DNA of 64,000 bases from Nemertoderma westbladi (GCA_032718475.1 JAUCBJ010006629.1:62001-126000), one strand, 5' to 3'; positions 1 to 12,988 are shown, numbered from the stretch's first letter. The notes: generated by a model from the sequence alone, not told the origin. Numbers and translations: made by a program.

Positions 1-530
1 CTGCACAGATGTCAGTGGAGCGGTATCACTATTGGTCTTCGCCCTGGAGTAATGATGATGAAAACATCGCTTTAAATATGTAACGGCCTTACAGAGCCGA
101 TTCCAGGAACTGTAGTGATATATCGCTCTCTGCAGGAGAGGTGAGAGTCCTTGCGAGACGTCTGGTATTCCAGATTTCCAATCCTTCTCTCTGATTTCTA
201 CAACAGACTTGTTTGTGGCTGTGGGTTTCGGATCCAAAGCATCGTCTCCGGAAGTGTGTAGTACAGACAGATCTACCACGGGTTTAAATAACTTCGATTT
301 ACTCGCCCGAGTTTTAGGTTTGACTTTCTCCGCTCCCTTGGCCTGTCTAATCTCTGCCGTGGTAAGATGAGGAGGCCATTCATCCTCTTCTTTGCTTAGG
401 AAGTCGGGTCCACCTAACCAGTCTGGAGTATCTATCAGTTCTTGTGGAGTTGCTCCCCTGGAGGCGATGTCTGCTGGATTAATCGTTCCGGGGCAAGTCT
501 CCATTGATCCATCTTCGTGTGACTAAGTAT
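1..530 (-). pseudogene. BEL/Pao pol fragment (RNase H C-terminal part), frameshifted
   Basis: Minus strand reads ILSHTKMDQWR, frameshift, CPGTINPADIASRGATPQEL...WLGGPDFL...EWP. This matches QWRHCPGVLNPADITSRG...WLHGPDFL...WP in the 40091..46510 polyprotein. Confidence 0.85.
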
Positions 531-1461
531 AATGTCCGTCACATAGCGCACATTTCGGTTTGATATTACTTACCTTATTTTGAGTAACGTTGTGCACACT
601 CATTCTTTCTTCGGGCTTTCTTACCTGAATTATCTTAGGAGACGTAGGAGGAGTTTTTCTTACCTGTTCTCTCCTGTCATTGGTTCGAGACTTGAATCTA
701 CTTATGTCTTTAGGCGTTTTATTGACATAATAAGATCTTTCAGTGTCTTTCCCGCTGTCTTCTTCTTGAGAAGCCTGGCTTTCGCTGTCGTCGGTATAAC
801 ACACTGGTGTTATCTTTCTCCTAGAAACGGGTTTCTCACTTACCTTGTTTTCTGGTGTCCTCTCTCTGGACTGCTTTAGGAGCTGTAATTTCACTTCTCC
901 ATCTAAGAATGACATGAGATCAGCCATGGTAGGGTCTCGTCGTTGTTGTTCCATCATATATAACACTTTCTTATCCCAGCGTGTGCCTACTCCACCCTTA
1001 GGTAAAGTTGAGGCCACAGCTCCAATAACCATAGAACTCTGATATTCATGAGACTTACCTAGCCAATCTAATTGTCTACAGATCTCTTGAATCTCATCGG
1101 AAAACTCTATAATCCCGCTGCTAATGAACTTTCGGGGCGCTACCAATTTTGCATACAAATATTTAGCTATGTTATTCCTATTACCATACCTGATGTTTAG
1201 TGTATCCCAAACTTGTCTTAATCCATCTGGATGTCCAATAAACTTTAACGCCATTAACTTGGGAGATCCTTCCAAGCACTCGATGAGGAATCTAAGTTTC
1301 TCTCCATTAGATAGCACAGAGTTCTGTATGTTATCTTTGTAATATTCATTAAAAGGTAACCATTTCATCTCATCTCCATTGAACTTGACTATCTCTCCCA
1401 CCTTTACCGCTTGACGGGCTTCGGTTCTAGCCATTTGACGCGTAAAGCTTTCTTGGGCCAT
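523..1461 (-). CDS. BEL/Pao gag core (DUF1759-like), truncated in the Cys/His region
   Basis: KFNGD..KW..F, EKLRFLIECLEG, L..RYGN parallel KFMGN..HW..F, EKFNYL..ML, L.DIYGN in the 46510 polyprotein. Ends CALCDGH. Confidence 0.8.
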   Translation of the reverse strand: MAQESFTRQMARTEARQAVKVGEIVKFNGDEMKWLPFNEYYKDNIQNSVLSNGEKLRFLIECLEGSPKLMALKFIGHPDGLRQVWDTLNIRYGNRNNIAKYLYAKLVAPRKFISSGIIEFSDEIQEICRQLDWLGKSHEYQSSMVIGAVASTLPKGGVGTRWDKKVLYMMEQQRRDPTMADLMSFLDGEVKLQLLKQSRERTPENKVSEKPVSRRKITPVCYTDDSESQASQEEDSGKDTERSYYVNKTPKDISRFKSRTNDRREQVRKTPPTSPKIIQVRKPEERMSVHNVTQNKVSNIKPKCALCDGHYT

Positions 1462-1545
1462 CGTGTTATTTAATATCGAGTTATCGGTATATAAATTTCT
1501 CGGATTATGATCAGGTCTATAGGGAATATCATTGTCAACAGGTTT

Positions 1546-3912
1546 TTAATTACCCTTAATAGGGTTTACTATAGGAGTTTCTACTTCACTAGGAGTATAG
1601 ATGCGTGTAGGCTCCACACCTTGCGCATGAAATACTTCAGACCTAACAGGTTGACACATTGTTACAGGGGGTGGTGGTATACCCTTTTGTGTATTTACTA
1701 ATTTATCGCGTTCTAACGCAATACTTTGCTGCACTTCTTGCAACTCTAACCTACTTTCCCTTACTGTTCCCTTAAACTGATGAATAGTTCCTTCCATCTC
1801 CCGGACCTGCTGAGAGGAGCACTCGCGGTGTTCCCTCAACTGTCCGAGCAGGAGACCCATCTCCCGTCGTCCCTCTGCTACCCACTCGACCGCCGAAGCG
1901 GGAGTCGCCAACATAGTAGCGGGCGAGCGAGAGACGACGGGCAATAAATTCTTGATATCTTGCTCGGCGTCCAGGACGGGTTCGGACTCGTGAACAGTCC
2001 TACTGGGCACAGGTAGTTTAGAACTGTGCAAAGGGAATTTAGAGGTAGGTTCTGGGAGTACAGGTGTCTCTATCACCGAAGGGGTGGCTTCGAGAACAGG
2101 CCTAATTATTTCAGGCTCATCTACTATAGTAGGGAGTCTTTCTATTTTAATTATTTGGTCTGTGGGTTCTGTACTACCTAAGTCTGTGTTAGTTAGTTGC
2201 CTTCTAACAGCTGGGGGCAAATTAGGCAATTTCTGACGGTGGGACATTCTTCTACGTCTACTTAGACGAGATCTATTTCCTCCGCCATCAGGATCGGTGG
2301 TATCGCCTTCATCAGATGATGTATATCCCTGTCTTTTGGGAGTAGATCGACTCATCATCTGCATTTGACTAGCTGTTAACTGTTTATTTATGCAGTCTTG
2401 ATTCTCTTGAATATTTTCCAACTCTAGTTGGGTGGTCTCTTCAGATGCTCTTCGTTCTGCTTCTGCCACTGCTATCTTTCTTTCCGCTTCTGCTGCTGCC
2501 GCTTTTGCCTCTGCCGCTGCCGCTTTCCTTTCCGCTTCTACTGCTGCAGCTGCCGCTTTCCTTTCCGCTTCTACTGCTGCAGCTGCCGCTTTTGCCTCTG
2601 CCGCTGCTGCTTTCCTTTCCGCTTCCACTGCTGCAGCTGCCGCTTTTGCCTCTGCCGCTGCCGCTTTTACCTCTGCTGCTGCCTCTGCCGCCTTTCTTTC
2701 CGCTTCTGCCGCTGCCATTGCCGCTGCTGTTGTCTTTCTGTCTTCTATACGTTTTTTCTTTACTTGTTCTTCTTGGACTCTAGCGATGCGGAGGCGTTCA
2801 TCATATTTAGCTTGGTTCGCAGCTATAACATCCGCATCGATTGCGTCCAACACAAGCTTGGCTCCTTCACTATTAGGGCTAAGTCCAGACAGCCGTCTCC
2901 TCAACTCTTCGTCACCTACAAATCGTTGATAGTCTGACAGATAGATGTCAATAGCATCCCTCTTATGCGGTTTCTCAGCTGTCACTTCACTTTCCACTTG
3001 GGAAAAGGTAGCGTCTGTTGATTCTCCATGGGTTGAGCGCTCAGCCAGCCGAGCTGTCCACTGGGCCATTCCTTGAACTTGGAGACTCACCCGCTGAAAC
3101 CAAGTCTTTACGGCAATTTGCAACGACGTGTCTTGTCTTCTTTTTGAAGCCTCCTCAAAGGCCGATAAGATTAGTCTGATTCTTAGAATTCTTTCTCTAA
3201 CTTGATAAAGCAGCTCTCCCTGCTCTTGAGGTCCTTGTGGTTGTCGAAACAGTTGTTCCTCTAATCGCTCCATAGAGCTGAAGAATCCCTGTACGTATCC
3301 TGCTGCTGACCTCTTCCACACAGCTGGATCGCTGGTTTCTTTTGTCACTCCCATCCTGTGTATGTCTTCCCAGGCAGCTTCCGATAAGTCAAACGGTAGT
3401 CCGGGTCCGGGGAAGTTCCATTGCGACTCGACAATAGACTTCAGTTCTTCCCTTGTATATCCGGCATAACTATCCTTGGTCAATCGCTTACTTCTCGCCC
3501 CATCAATCTGGTGTTCCTCCACCGCAATCAATACCCTAGTGAGTACGGCTGCAGGAAGGATGAGAAGGGGATCCGAATAAACAGCATCTGCCATCTTTGC
3601 TCCGCACTCGGGTGTCAGCTCTACAGTATCCGCACTACTGGAGCTGTTGGGCCGCTGAGAAATAAGTTCTCGGCTCGAGTGTTGCTGCTGTTTAACAGCT
3701 ACTTCTTGGTCCCGCTTGACTTGAGCCCGAGTGCCTATGATAGACCTACGGTGTTTGACTAGCCTAGGGTCTGATACTACTACTGGGGGAATGACCTTTC
3801 TTACAGTAGCAGGTGAATTGAACTTCGGTCTCACACGTTCCACACTCCTGTCTGGGTCACAGATGGTTGTATCTAGGAGACTGTCTGACAGGTTTTGCTT
3901 TGTGTCAGACAT
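1546..3912 (-). CDS. BEL/Pao gag N-terminal extension (coiled coil, AEAERKAAAA repeats)
   Basis: 788-aa ORF in the same frame as 523..1461, separated by one TAA and 28 open codons. Confidence 0.7.
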   Translation of the reverse strand: MSDTKQNLSDSLLDTTICDPDRSVERVRPKFNSPATVRKVIPPVVVSDPRLVKHRRSIIGTRAQVKRDQEVAVKQQQHSSRELISQRPNSSSSADTVELTPECGAKMADAVYSDPLLILPAAVLTRVLIAVEEHQIDGARSKRLTKDSYAGYTREELKSIVESQWNFPGPGLPFDLSEAAWEDIHRMGVTKETSDPAVWKRSAAGYVQGFFSSMERLEEQLFRQPQGPQEQGELLYQVRERILRIRLILSAFEEASKRRQDTSLQIAVKTWFQRVSLQVQGMAQWTARLAERSTHGESTDATFSQVESEVTAEKPHKRDAIDIYLSDYQRFVGDEELRRRLSGLSPNSEGAKLVLDAIDADVIAANQAKYDERLRIARVQEEQVKKKRIEDRKTTAAAMAAAEAERKAAEAAAEVKAAAAEAKAAAAAVEAERKAAAAEAKAAAAAVEAERKAAAAAVEAERKAAAAEAKAAAAEAERKIAVAEAERRASEETTQLELENIQENQDCINKQLTASQMQMMSRSTPKRQGYTSSDEGDTTDPDGGGNRSRLSRRRRMSHRQKLPNLPPAVRRQLTNTDLGSTEPTDQIIKIERLPTIVDEPEIIRPVLEATPSVIETPVLPEPTSKFPLHSSKLPVPSRTVHESEPVLDAEQDIKNLLPVVSRSPATMLATPASAVEWVAEGRREMGLLLGQLREHRECSSQQVREMEGTIHQFKGTVRESRLELQEVQQSIALERDKLVNTQKGIPPPPVTMCQPVRSEVFHAQGVEPTRIYTPSEVETPIVNPIKGN

Positions 3913-5253
3913 GTTTGTTTGTACAGTTGAATACCTACTGCTATATTACAGTTAAAGCAAGTTTAGTAATTCAGTATCACCGTTAGCCTAGTAATTAATT
4001 ACCGATATCGTTACTCTATGTAACGTGATATATATACAATATATTAGAGTACCGGTATATACTTATAGTATATATAAGTATTATTACAGACTAGGTTTGT
4101 CACAGAATACCGGTATATAATTTCAGCACAAATATATATAAATATATAATAGGCCTATCGTGAATACCGGTATACAGCTTACACTTATAGTATATATAAG
4201 TATAATTATGGACTAGAATTAATTACAGAATACCGGTATAATTTCAGCCTAAATTTGTAGAAATAAATATAATAAGCCTATTGTAAATACCGGTATGTCA
4301 ATTATTTTAGAATAATTGAATTTCTGACTTTTAGGGGTTACTTGGTTAATTTACTTTACTTGATTACCGTTATTTAAGCAGTAGTCCAACTGACATTAAG
4401 ACCTAATTGTTGTAAAACAGGCCTACTATTTTATAAATCGGTTTGAGTTGATTTATAATATATATATATACCCGTTTAATGGGTTTTGTCAATATTTGAA
4501 ATAAATGTTATTATTTCTGGGAAGGAGTCACTGCACAGAAGCTGTACGCTCTCAGTGAAGTGCTACTTGTTGGACACTAAAACAAATAATTATAATTTAC
4601 CTAAGTTACTTAATACTACAAATTACGTACAATTCGGGGTGAGATTACAATCTCTAAATAAACACAAAAATTATACGTACGAATTTTTAGGGTAATTTTA
4701 CAAGAAGTCTACAAACCAGCCTAACAAAGGGTTAGAATATCTGGTTATTACAAACAGACAGGATACTACGGTATTTGAAAATAACAAAGCAGTAGTAAAT
4801 ATACTGCGTTGTCCAGATAGGAAAAATACCACCGTCTGACGACTTATAGCCGTAGCGCTATAAGTACTACGTTATGTTTCACGGAGTGTTCCTACCTGGA
4901 AGTTAATTACCGCGGTCTACCAGAACCAACGTGCCTATTAACCACTTTACAACACAAATATACTGCCTACACACTAATTACCTTCGGAAAGTATTGTACA
5001 CTAAACCCTAAATTAGGTACAAGTACTTATACAACAAATAATCAGCAGTTAGAAATACTTGTACAGCTAAAAGAACCACGGTATCTGCTGGAGTGACCGG
5101 GGCACAAAATCACCAGTCTTTACCTATGCCAAGCACCCCTGATGTAGTACCGGGGTTAATTTAACTGTAACGGTATGTACAACAAGCACAATTACTGTAG
5201 GAATAAACTTGGGGTTGTGAATGTTGCGAATAATCGCATAAACTCTGAATAAT

Positions 5254-5825
5254 AAATATTACGCTACGCGTACAGACTACTCAAACAAAATACAGACCAA
5301 ACGCTGACAGACTACTATCAAGCCCAAACAAACTACAGTATATGCAGACTCCGAAACGGTTAGTTAGTATGCGTTCTAACCGAGTAGTACGACTTATTCT
5401 TTCAGGGGGATTGACCTCACAACACTGGAAGCCCCTACGTTCCTAACTAGTACTTTATCGGACATACACTCTACACACACCGCAATCTCTTCAGACCTAA
5501 CAACAGCCAGACAACAATCCAGCCTACAAATTATCTAAATAAGAAATATTACGCTACCTGTACAGACTACACAAACAAAATACAGACCAAACGCTGGCAG
5601 ACTACTATCAAGTCTAAACAAACTACAGTATATGCAGACTCCGAAATGGTTAGTTAGTATGCGTTCTAACCGAGTAGTACGACTTATTCTTTCGAGGGGA
5701 TTTACCTCACAGCACTGGAAGCCCCTACGTTCCTAACTAGTACTTTATCGGACATACACTCTACACACACCACAATCTCTTCAGACCTAACAACAGCCAG
5801 ACAACAATCCAGCCTACAAATTATC
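5254..5825. repeat. Tandem duplication of ~290 bp in the BEL copy 1 leader/LTR region
   Basis: aaatattacgctac...cagcctacaaattatct occurs at ~5254 and ~5544, nearly identical. Confidence 0.9.
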
Positions 5826-7736
5826 TGTACAATCTGAGCAGGCTTACACGTCTTCTGCTCAATATTAACCTACAAATAAATAAAACTGACAGAAATAAGT
5901 AAAATCTCAATAAAAAACCAGGTCGGCCGTCCCTGATTAAATATTAAGGCCTACCGGTATATAATTCTCAAAATCGAATAATACTGCTGTACCTGTACTG
6001 CTGTAAGTACCGGTCTGGGTGGTTAGGTAGTCAGGCCTACTGGGTACCGGTTGACCAGTACTTCAGCTTTATTGCCTACTGCAATACAGAAGCAATAACC
6101 GTTATTGTTCGCGCTTTCAGACCTTTAGCAGTTTAACCTGCCAAATCTATATGTCTTCTAGGTTATAAATCGACTTTAGCCTATGACGAGTATTTGTTAC
6201 ACTACATTAGCCGAAGCCAGTCTATGCGCGACCATTCACCCGCTGGATATACCCGGGAGACTGGATTCGGAAGCTTTGACCTTATTGCGGTGTAGGCCTA
6301 CTGTATTATTCGACTGATTGTTAATATATAATCTCTGACCAATATTATTCACTTTCTGGAAATATTAACAGTTCCTTTAGGACGTGGCGCTCTAAATATG
6401 TAAACAGAGTTATGACTTACACTAGACACAATGGGATGGCTATGGATTCACGTATAAAGCGCATTCTTTAGGAGATGCTTCGTTATCAGTCACAATCATG
6501 CACACTACCGCACAATGCTGCACACCGATCTGCCGACCTTCACTAAATTTAGTCACATATAAAGAGAACAACGACTGACTCATGTAGTGCCTATGAAATA
6601 GCATTAGATTCACTCCAAAACCAATATAATGTAAGTCGCAATTGTTATATGTAACAGGTCTCTCACCTTCAGTATATCAAGAAGATTGGGGGTTTTATAA
6701 TTATTTATCGATATTGTCCCATATAATAATCTTCCATCAACTGATATAATTAATAAGAATAACCGACAGTAAATAGCAGTAAAAATGCGGTGTTTGTAGT
6801 TGACAATATGATTTGCATTGATAAGATTAGGATATGTTAGTTAGTTAGAATTGAATTGATAACGGTTATACGTTTCTATGACCAAAGCCTACTAATGTTT
6901 GGCTAAAGCCTGAAAAACACAGAAATTCCAAAGCCGGTCTTCTGGCATCAGGAAAAAATGTAAACATAAACAGTAATGCATTGCGCGATTTCCCGGAGGT
7001 TTCTGTACAAATAACAGGAGAATCGCTCTGATTGGTTGTCCGAACAAAGAAACAAAGGAAAAGCTACACGTGTACATATCAGCTGTTAGCCGTCGTCATA
7101 GTAACTACACTGTGTCAAGAGGATTTTAGCGTATTGCGACATAAAATTGCTAGTTATGTCCGCTAAAGTACACATACAGAAGAAATGGCTTTTTATGTTC
7201 ACTAAAACACCGGTACAGTAAGGAAACGGCTTTTTATGTCCGTTAAACCAACTACAGAGTACTTTGCGGGGAAAATAACCAGCTTATTCCGCAAAAGCTT
7301 TTACAGGTAATGAAAAAACAAGATGGTGAGTTTTAAACGCTCAGCTAAATAACAATTAATGTTCTAGAATAAAGACAACAAAACATCAGAATTATAGCGA
7401 TTTACGTCTCTGAATTTATACACATTAGTATTTTGATAATATATTTACAAATTGTTTATTAAATTTAAAACGGTTTTCAGATTCGGAGTATACAGACGAA
7501 GGCGCTTCGAATGATATCTAGATTACATTTCAAAGACGTAAAATAAAGTCTACGGAGGTGGTTAAACATTGCTAAATAGACATATTTTAAGGGATTGTTG
7601 TATGGAAATAACTGAGAAATTAAAAAATCTGGCCAGGCCACCAGTAAGAAAAGGTGTCGATCTATCATCACACCAAATTTCGTAGCATTTTATTGAAATT
7701 TGAAAATAATTAGTGGGGGGGGGGGGGGGGCTCCTT

Positions 7737-7905
7737 TTATTCGGTCCCGGACAATTCGGTCGCGGACAATTCGCTCCCGGACAATTCGGTCCCGGTCAAT
7801 TCGGTCCCAAAACACAAAATTAATGGGACCGAATTGTCCAGGAGCGAATTGCCCAGGACCGAATTGTCCGGACCGAATGGTCCGGGACCGAATTGTCCTG
7901 CTTCC
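7737..7905. mobile_element. Palindromic MITE-like element built from 15-bp ggacaattcggtccc units
   Basis: Direct units followed by inverted units (gggaccgaattgtcc). Relatives at ~9453-9536, ~13132-13200 and ~20789-20856. Confidence 0.7.
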
Positions 7906-7928
7906 GTGGGAGACTGAGTAGAAAGTAC

Positions 7929-9330
7929 GGATATGTGGTGGGTGTGGGAGATGGAGTGGGAAGTACATGAGGATCTGTGGACGGTGTGGGAGACGGAGTG
8001 GGAAGTACAGGAGGATTTGTGGAGGGTGTAGGAGACGGAGTGGGAAGTACAGGGGGATCTGTGGAGGGTGTGGGAGGCGGAGTGGGAAGTACAGGATGAT
8101 CTGTGGAGGGTATGGGAGACGGAGTGGGAAGTACAGGAGGATCTGTGGAGGGTGTGGGAGGCGGAGTGGGAAGTACAGGAGGATCTGTGGAGGGTGTAGG
8201 AGACGGAGTGGGAAGTACAGGAGGATCTGTGGAGGGTGTGGGAGACGGAGTGGGAAGTACAGGAGGATCTGTGTAGGGTGTGGGAGGTGGAGTGGGAAGT
8301 ACAGGAGGATCTGTGGAGGGTGTGGGAGACGGAGTGGGAAGTATGGGGGGATCTATGGAGGGTGTGGGAGACGGAGTGGGAAGTACAGGAGGATCTGTGA
8401 AGGGTGTGGGAGGTGGAGTGGGAAGTACAGGCGGATCTCTGGAGGGTGTGGGAGACGGAGTGGGAAGTATGGGGGATCTGTGGAGGGTGTAGGAGACGGA
8501 GTGGGATGTATGGGGTGATCTGTGGTGTGGAGGGTGTGGGAGACGGAGTGGGAAGTATGGGGGGATCTGTGGAGGGTGTGGGAGACGGAGTGGGAAGTAC
8601 AGGAGGATCTGTGGAGGGTGTGGGAGGTGGAGTGGGAAGTACAGGAGGATCTCTGGAGGGTGTGGGAGACGGAGTGGGAAGTATGGGGGGATATGTGGAG
8701 GGTGTGGGAGACGGAGTGGGAAGTACAGGAGGATCTGTGGAGGGTGTGGGAGGTGGAGTGGGAAGTACAGGATGATCTCTGGAGGGTGTGGGAGACGGAG
8801 TGGGAAGTATGGGGGGATCTGTGGAGGGTGTGGGAGACGGAGTGGGAAGTACAGGAGGATCTGTGGAGGGTGTGGGAGGTGGAGTGGGAAGTACAGGAGG
8901 TTCTCTGGAGGGTGTGGGAGACGGAGTGGGAAGTATGGGGGGATCTGTGGAGGGTGTAGGAGACGGAGTGGGATGTATGGGGTGATCTGTGGTGTGGAGG
9001 GTGTGGGAGACGGAGTGGGAAGTACAGGAGGATCTGTGGAGAGAGTGGGAGACGAAGTGGGAAGTACAGGATGATCTGTGGACGGTATGGGAGACAGAGT
9101 GGGAAATACAGGAGGATCTGTGGAGGGTGTGGGATACGGAGTGGGAGGTATGGGGTGATCTGTGGTGTGGATGGTGTGAGAGACGGAGTGGGAAGTACAA
9201 TAGGATCTGTGCAGGGTGTGGGAGACGGAGTATGAAGTACAGGAGGATCTGTGGAGGGTGTGGGAGGCGAAGTGGGAAGTATGGGGGGATCTGTGGAGGG
9301 TGTAGGAGACGGAGTGGGAAGTACAGGAGG
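7929..9330. repeat. G-rich 42-bp minisatellite, array 1
   Basis: Unit ggatctgtggagggtgtgggagacggagtgggaagtacagga, about 33 copies. Confidence 0.95.
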
Positions 9331-10090
9331 CATTTTGCAGATAAAAAGTGAATTTTAAAATGAATAACTAGTAAAAAAACACAAGTTACCGTATAAAAAT
9401 ATATACTAAGGTTGAGAACATTCACCATTATAGTACCAATTTAATTTGGTTCAGGACAATTCGGTCCCGGACAATTCGGTCCCATAACATAAAATAAATG
9501 GGACCGAATTGTCCGGGACCGAATTGTCCTGCTTCCATTTTTACATGTAGTTATAAAGTTGGAAACAATTTATTTTAATAACAAATTTAAATACTTATAA
9601 AATTGTACTTTTATAGCTAATAGGAATAGAACAGTTGTTAACAATAAAACAGGGGTAATATTGAAGGGGAACTTTTACATAGCCCGATGTGTGAGGCGTT
9701 TTTTTTTTTTTAATTTTGCAGCATTTTTTCAATAAATTTTTTAGAGATTTTAAATGGTAGCTGCTGTAGAACAATTATAATATTATGTTAAAATAAAATA
9801 AAACAAGTCGGCAATTGAATCAAATAATATAATATAATAATTTGATAATATTTTTTTAAATGTTCAAGAAAAATGTCAGCTATTTGTTATTGAAAAAATT
9901 ATGTTCTAGAACAAATATTTAATAATAAATTTAGTTATAAATTAATAAATAATTTTTTTCCCGAGAAAAAAACAAGGCTTGTATTAAAATAAACCATAAA
10001 CCTCTAAAATGCGAGAAATAAGTTGTCACAAGTAATTGAACTATTGAAAAGATTTTCAAAATTTCGTGCTGGCACCAAATTTTGCACACA
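9331..10090 (+). repeat. Duplicated flank, copy A (copy B at 20668-22430)
   Basis: cattttgc.gataaaaagtgaattt...gttgagaacattcacc...aaaaatgtcagctatttg is shared between the two copies. Confidence 0.9.
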
Positions 10091-10239
10091 GCACCGAAAA
10101 ATACCATTTAGATACGCCTGGTGCAACTCGTATACAGTATATTCTATCGAAACCAGAAACACAAAAAACCCCTATTGCGTAAAAAACAAAATTGCAACAA
10201 AAAAGCAAAATTGGTAACAGTTGGCAAATTAGCGTGTTT

Positions 10240-10950
10240 CAGTACTATAGTCAGTGAAGTGAGTGTGAGAGATTAATTATACATTCCTAAAGAATGTAAA
10301 GATTGTGACGTTCCATAGTAATTTTTATTTTTTATTTATTAATTTTTTTTGTTTGTACTAAATCTAAAACTAAAACTAAAAGATTAAAATTGTACATAAA
10401 ATTAAACATATAGCTGCACCAATCCAACATCCCACCACCAATCAGAACAATACAATTAAGACAAACCAATTAAACATACAGTTAAAAATGGTGCACCGTG
10501 GATTAATACCGGTCTGCGAGGTCATTCCCCCGCAGACCCGCACCATCTCCAAAGCCCAGCGCCCTCCAGGGACGCCGGCCACCACGCAGACAGAGGGAGT
10601 TAGAGCGGAGAAGCGCGAACTGAAGCCGCCTCCGAACTCCCCCGAGAACGCAGGCTAGGCCACGTCCCCGCATCCCCTGCCGCCGAGCCACTGCATTGTA
10701 ATTAGTATAAGTCATAAATAACTCTGTCTGATATTTAAAGCGCGCCATCTAAAGGAGCTGTTGGTATTTCCCTGGAAATAAACATAGTTTTTGTAGATTA
10801 TATAGTAGAGATCAATCGAATAATACAAAGTAGCCTACTCCTCACTCTGGCCATAGACTTCAGTCTCCCAAACACAGTGGGTCATACGCCGCGCTAGACT
10901 GGCTTCTGCTGTGTTCATATTTTGTACGGGCTGTCAGACATTATAAGACA
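10240..10950 (-). repeat. Diverged inverted copy of ~6200-6490 (possible LTR fragment), interrupted by a CRE-like insertion
   Basis: Reverse complement shares gaagccagtcta, tgtattattcga, ggaaata..aacag.tcctttag, acagagtta..tgactta and cattctttagga with 6200-6480. Confidence 0.6.
10322..10693 (-). mobile_element. 5'-truncated CRE-like non-LTR retrotransposon 3' end with A-rich tail
   Basis: Encodes GLACVLGGVRRRLQFALLRSNSLCLRGGRR, resembling the C-terminus of restriction-like-endonuclease non-LTR elements. T-rich tail at 10322-10350 on the plus strand. Paralogue at 28512. Confidence 0.75.
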
Positions 10951-12880
10951 CGTAAATTAACAGGTAGGTTAAACTGTTGCATTAGCATTGTGCTTGCATT
11001 TCCTTTAGGAAATGCGTTTCTAGTATAAACGGAGTTTTAGAGAATAAAATAAGATATTATCATTATTATTTGTTCCAACGGCCCCTCTAAGGACTGATTC
11101 AGATCAACTATTACAACCATGGGAACATTCAAAAATAAGAGAGTTGCCAGATTTCAACATCCGATTCAACATGTAGTAAGTATTATGTACCAACATGGTG
11201 TCGGTATAAATCAGTCACACCCCCCCCCCCCCCCCCCCCCCCCCTCCCAACCTCTAACCTTTATAATAATTATTATATCCTGCGTTGTGATGGAACCCAA
11301 TTATCATGACCATTCTACATTATTATCTTGGCAACATCCTATTGACTATTATTATTGTACTTCAGCCCCTATGACATCTCTAATACATTGGATCGCCGTA
11401 GCTGGATTATACAAATAATCTATTTTTTGGCATCTCCCATCGTTTCACAGATACCAAACGTGATTTGAATACATTGTGTATACTGTAGCTAGGTAGGCAA
11501 AGTAAACATTCTAATATAGCCAACAATTATTACTGATGCTACCTTATTGAATATAATATAGAGTGAAACGCCCCTTAATACAGAGTTTATTACTTATTGT
11601 CAATTCAGTTTTGCATTCTAATTATTAATTTAATTAATTATTTAATTAACAACAACCATACTATAACGCAACCAATATAACAGCTCAACAAACTAGAACA
11701 AAAAGGTTAGTAGTTTCCAGAATCAACACAAATCTGTGATATAGTTTATAATAATCATTATTAAATTACATTCATTAATGTTTATTGATCAGTTTTGTGC
11801 AAGTTGTCCACCCACCACCACTCATCTGCAAACTGAGACACCTGGAAGAACTACGACTACACTAACCAGTATACATTCACGGATACATTCCTCAGTTCTA
11901 GGAGGTAAATGGAAAAAGTTCATAGACTGTCTGCAAGTTTGGGTGTGAATTACATACTACTGACTAACTGGTTCCTCAAGTCTGATGTTTTATATGTTGC
12001 AAAATAGTTTGCAAAATATGCTGGTTTGTTCAGTGACTGGTGAGGTGTGGAACAGGAAGACTCCTCTCTCTTGGCTGTTAAGTATACAGCAGGCTGGGAA
12101 CACACTAACTCCCAAGGCTGAACACTACATTACATATCTATCCAACCTTATCTTTAATCCCAATAGATCTACCTCATACACATTTGTACACTAAACCTAC
12201 CATCGTTTTTGCATTCCTTCAGTAGAAATAAAATCAATTTGTAATATTATTATATTATATTTAGATTGTTCAACGATACACAAGATCGGATACAAAGTGT
12301 TTATAAACATTCCTCCCCCAGTTACCAACGTTCCGTGTTGTTCCATCTAATAACCTTCTGTTCCAGAACTTAACAACTGTAAATCAACCCAATGTAAGTT
12401 GTAATTTTGTTTTATATTTTATAATGTTACTTGTATTTTAGATGTGCGAGGTAATAGATTTAATTCAAAAATTGTAACATTACTCAACACCGTTAGTAAC
12501 AGCGAGTTGTTATTTAGCACTTTACAACTTTAGAGGCCATTACAGCAATGTATTGGCCTGTACATTTATTATTGCATTTGGTGTTATTGTTTACGTGGTA
12601 TCCCATGACGGCGTTAAGTAATGCCCACTAAGGGGGCATTACCTACCGGTAGGCGGGGTATAGCTATTAATAACCAGTAGGGCCTAGCTATATTATTATA
12701 ACATGGCTCCAAACGCCACCATAAATATAAGCTAAATTATTTATAACATAATTTATGTCAATTTTACAATTATTTATACAGCAACTAATATAATTTGTGC
12801 AGTTTCTATCACTTATAATATATATACAATCATTTCGTAATGTTAAAATTTTGGAATAGAATTACATACATACTTGTTGC

Positions 12881-12988
12881 AAAGTACTTTACAGTGTTCT
12901 GATCCTCGTGGCTTTATTTTCACTCACTCACTAACGTTCGTTCGTGTAACAAAGCCACTCGGATCATCACACTGTAAAGTGCTACTTT
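12881..12988. repeat. Imperfect ~108-bp hairpin / inverted repeat
   Basis: aaagtactttacagtgttctgatcctcgtggcttt ... aaagccactcggatcatcacactgtaaagtgctacttt. Confidence 0.8.

Larger units (their letters stand above)
1..6656 (-). mobile_element. BEL/Pao LTR retrotransposon copy 1, internally deleted, runs off the left edge
   Basis: Coiled-coil ORF, DUF1759-like gag and Pao RNase H C-terminal motifs on the minus strand. The right end is a guess at ...GTAACA (6656), the same terminus as the BEL element at 53076. The inner LTR boundary was not determined. Confidence 0.7.

Noticed and set aside
2428-2937. Cys-, Ala- and Leu-rich plus-strand ORFs
   Set aside because: They are antisense shadows of the AEAERKAAAA repeat in gag.
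7737-9428. 563-aa ORF with a hydrophobic N-terminus and PTPS repeats
   Set aside because: It starts in the duplicated AT-rich flank, runs through the minisatellite in mixed frames and ends in a MITE.
11000-12500. Short ORFs and possible exon remnants
   Set aside because: No recognisable motifs or consistent splice structure.
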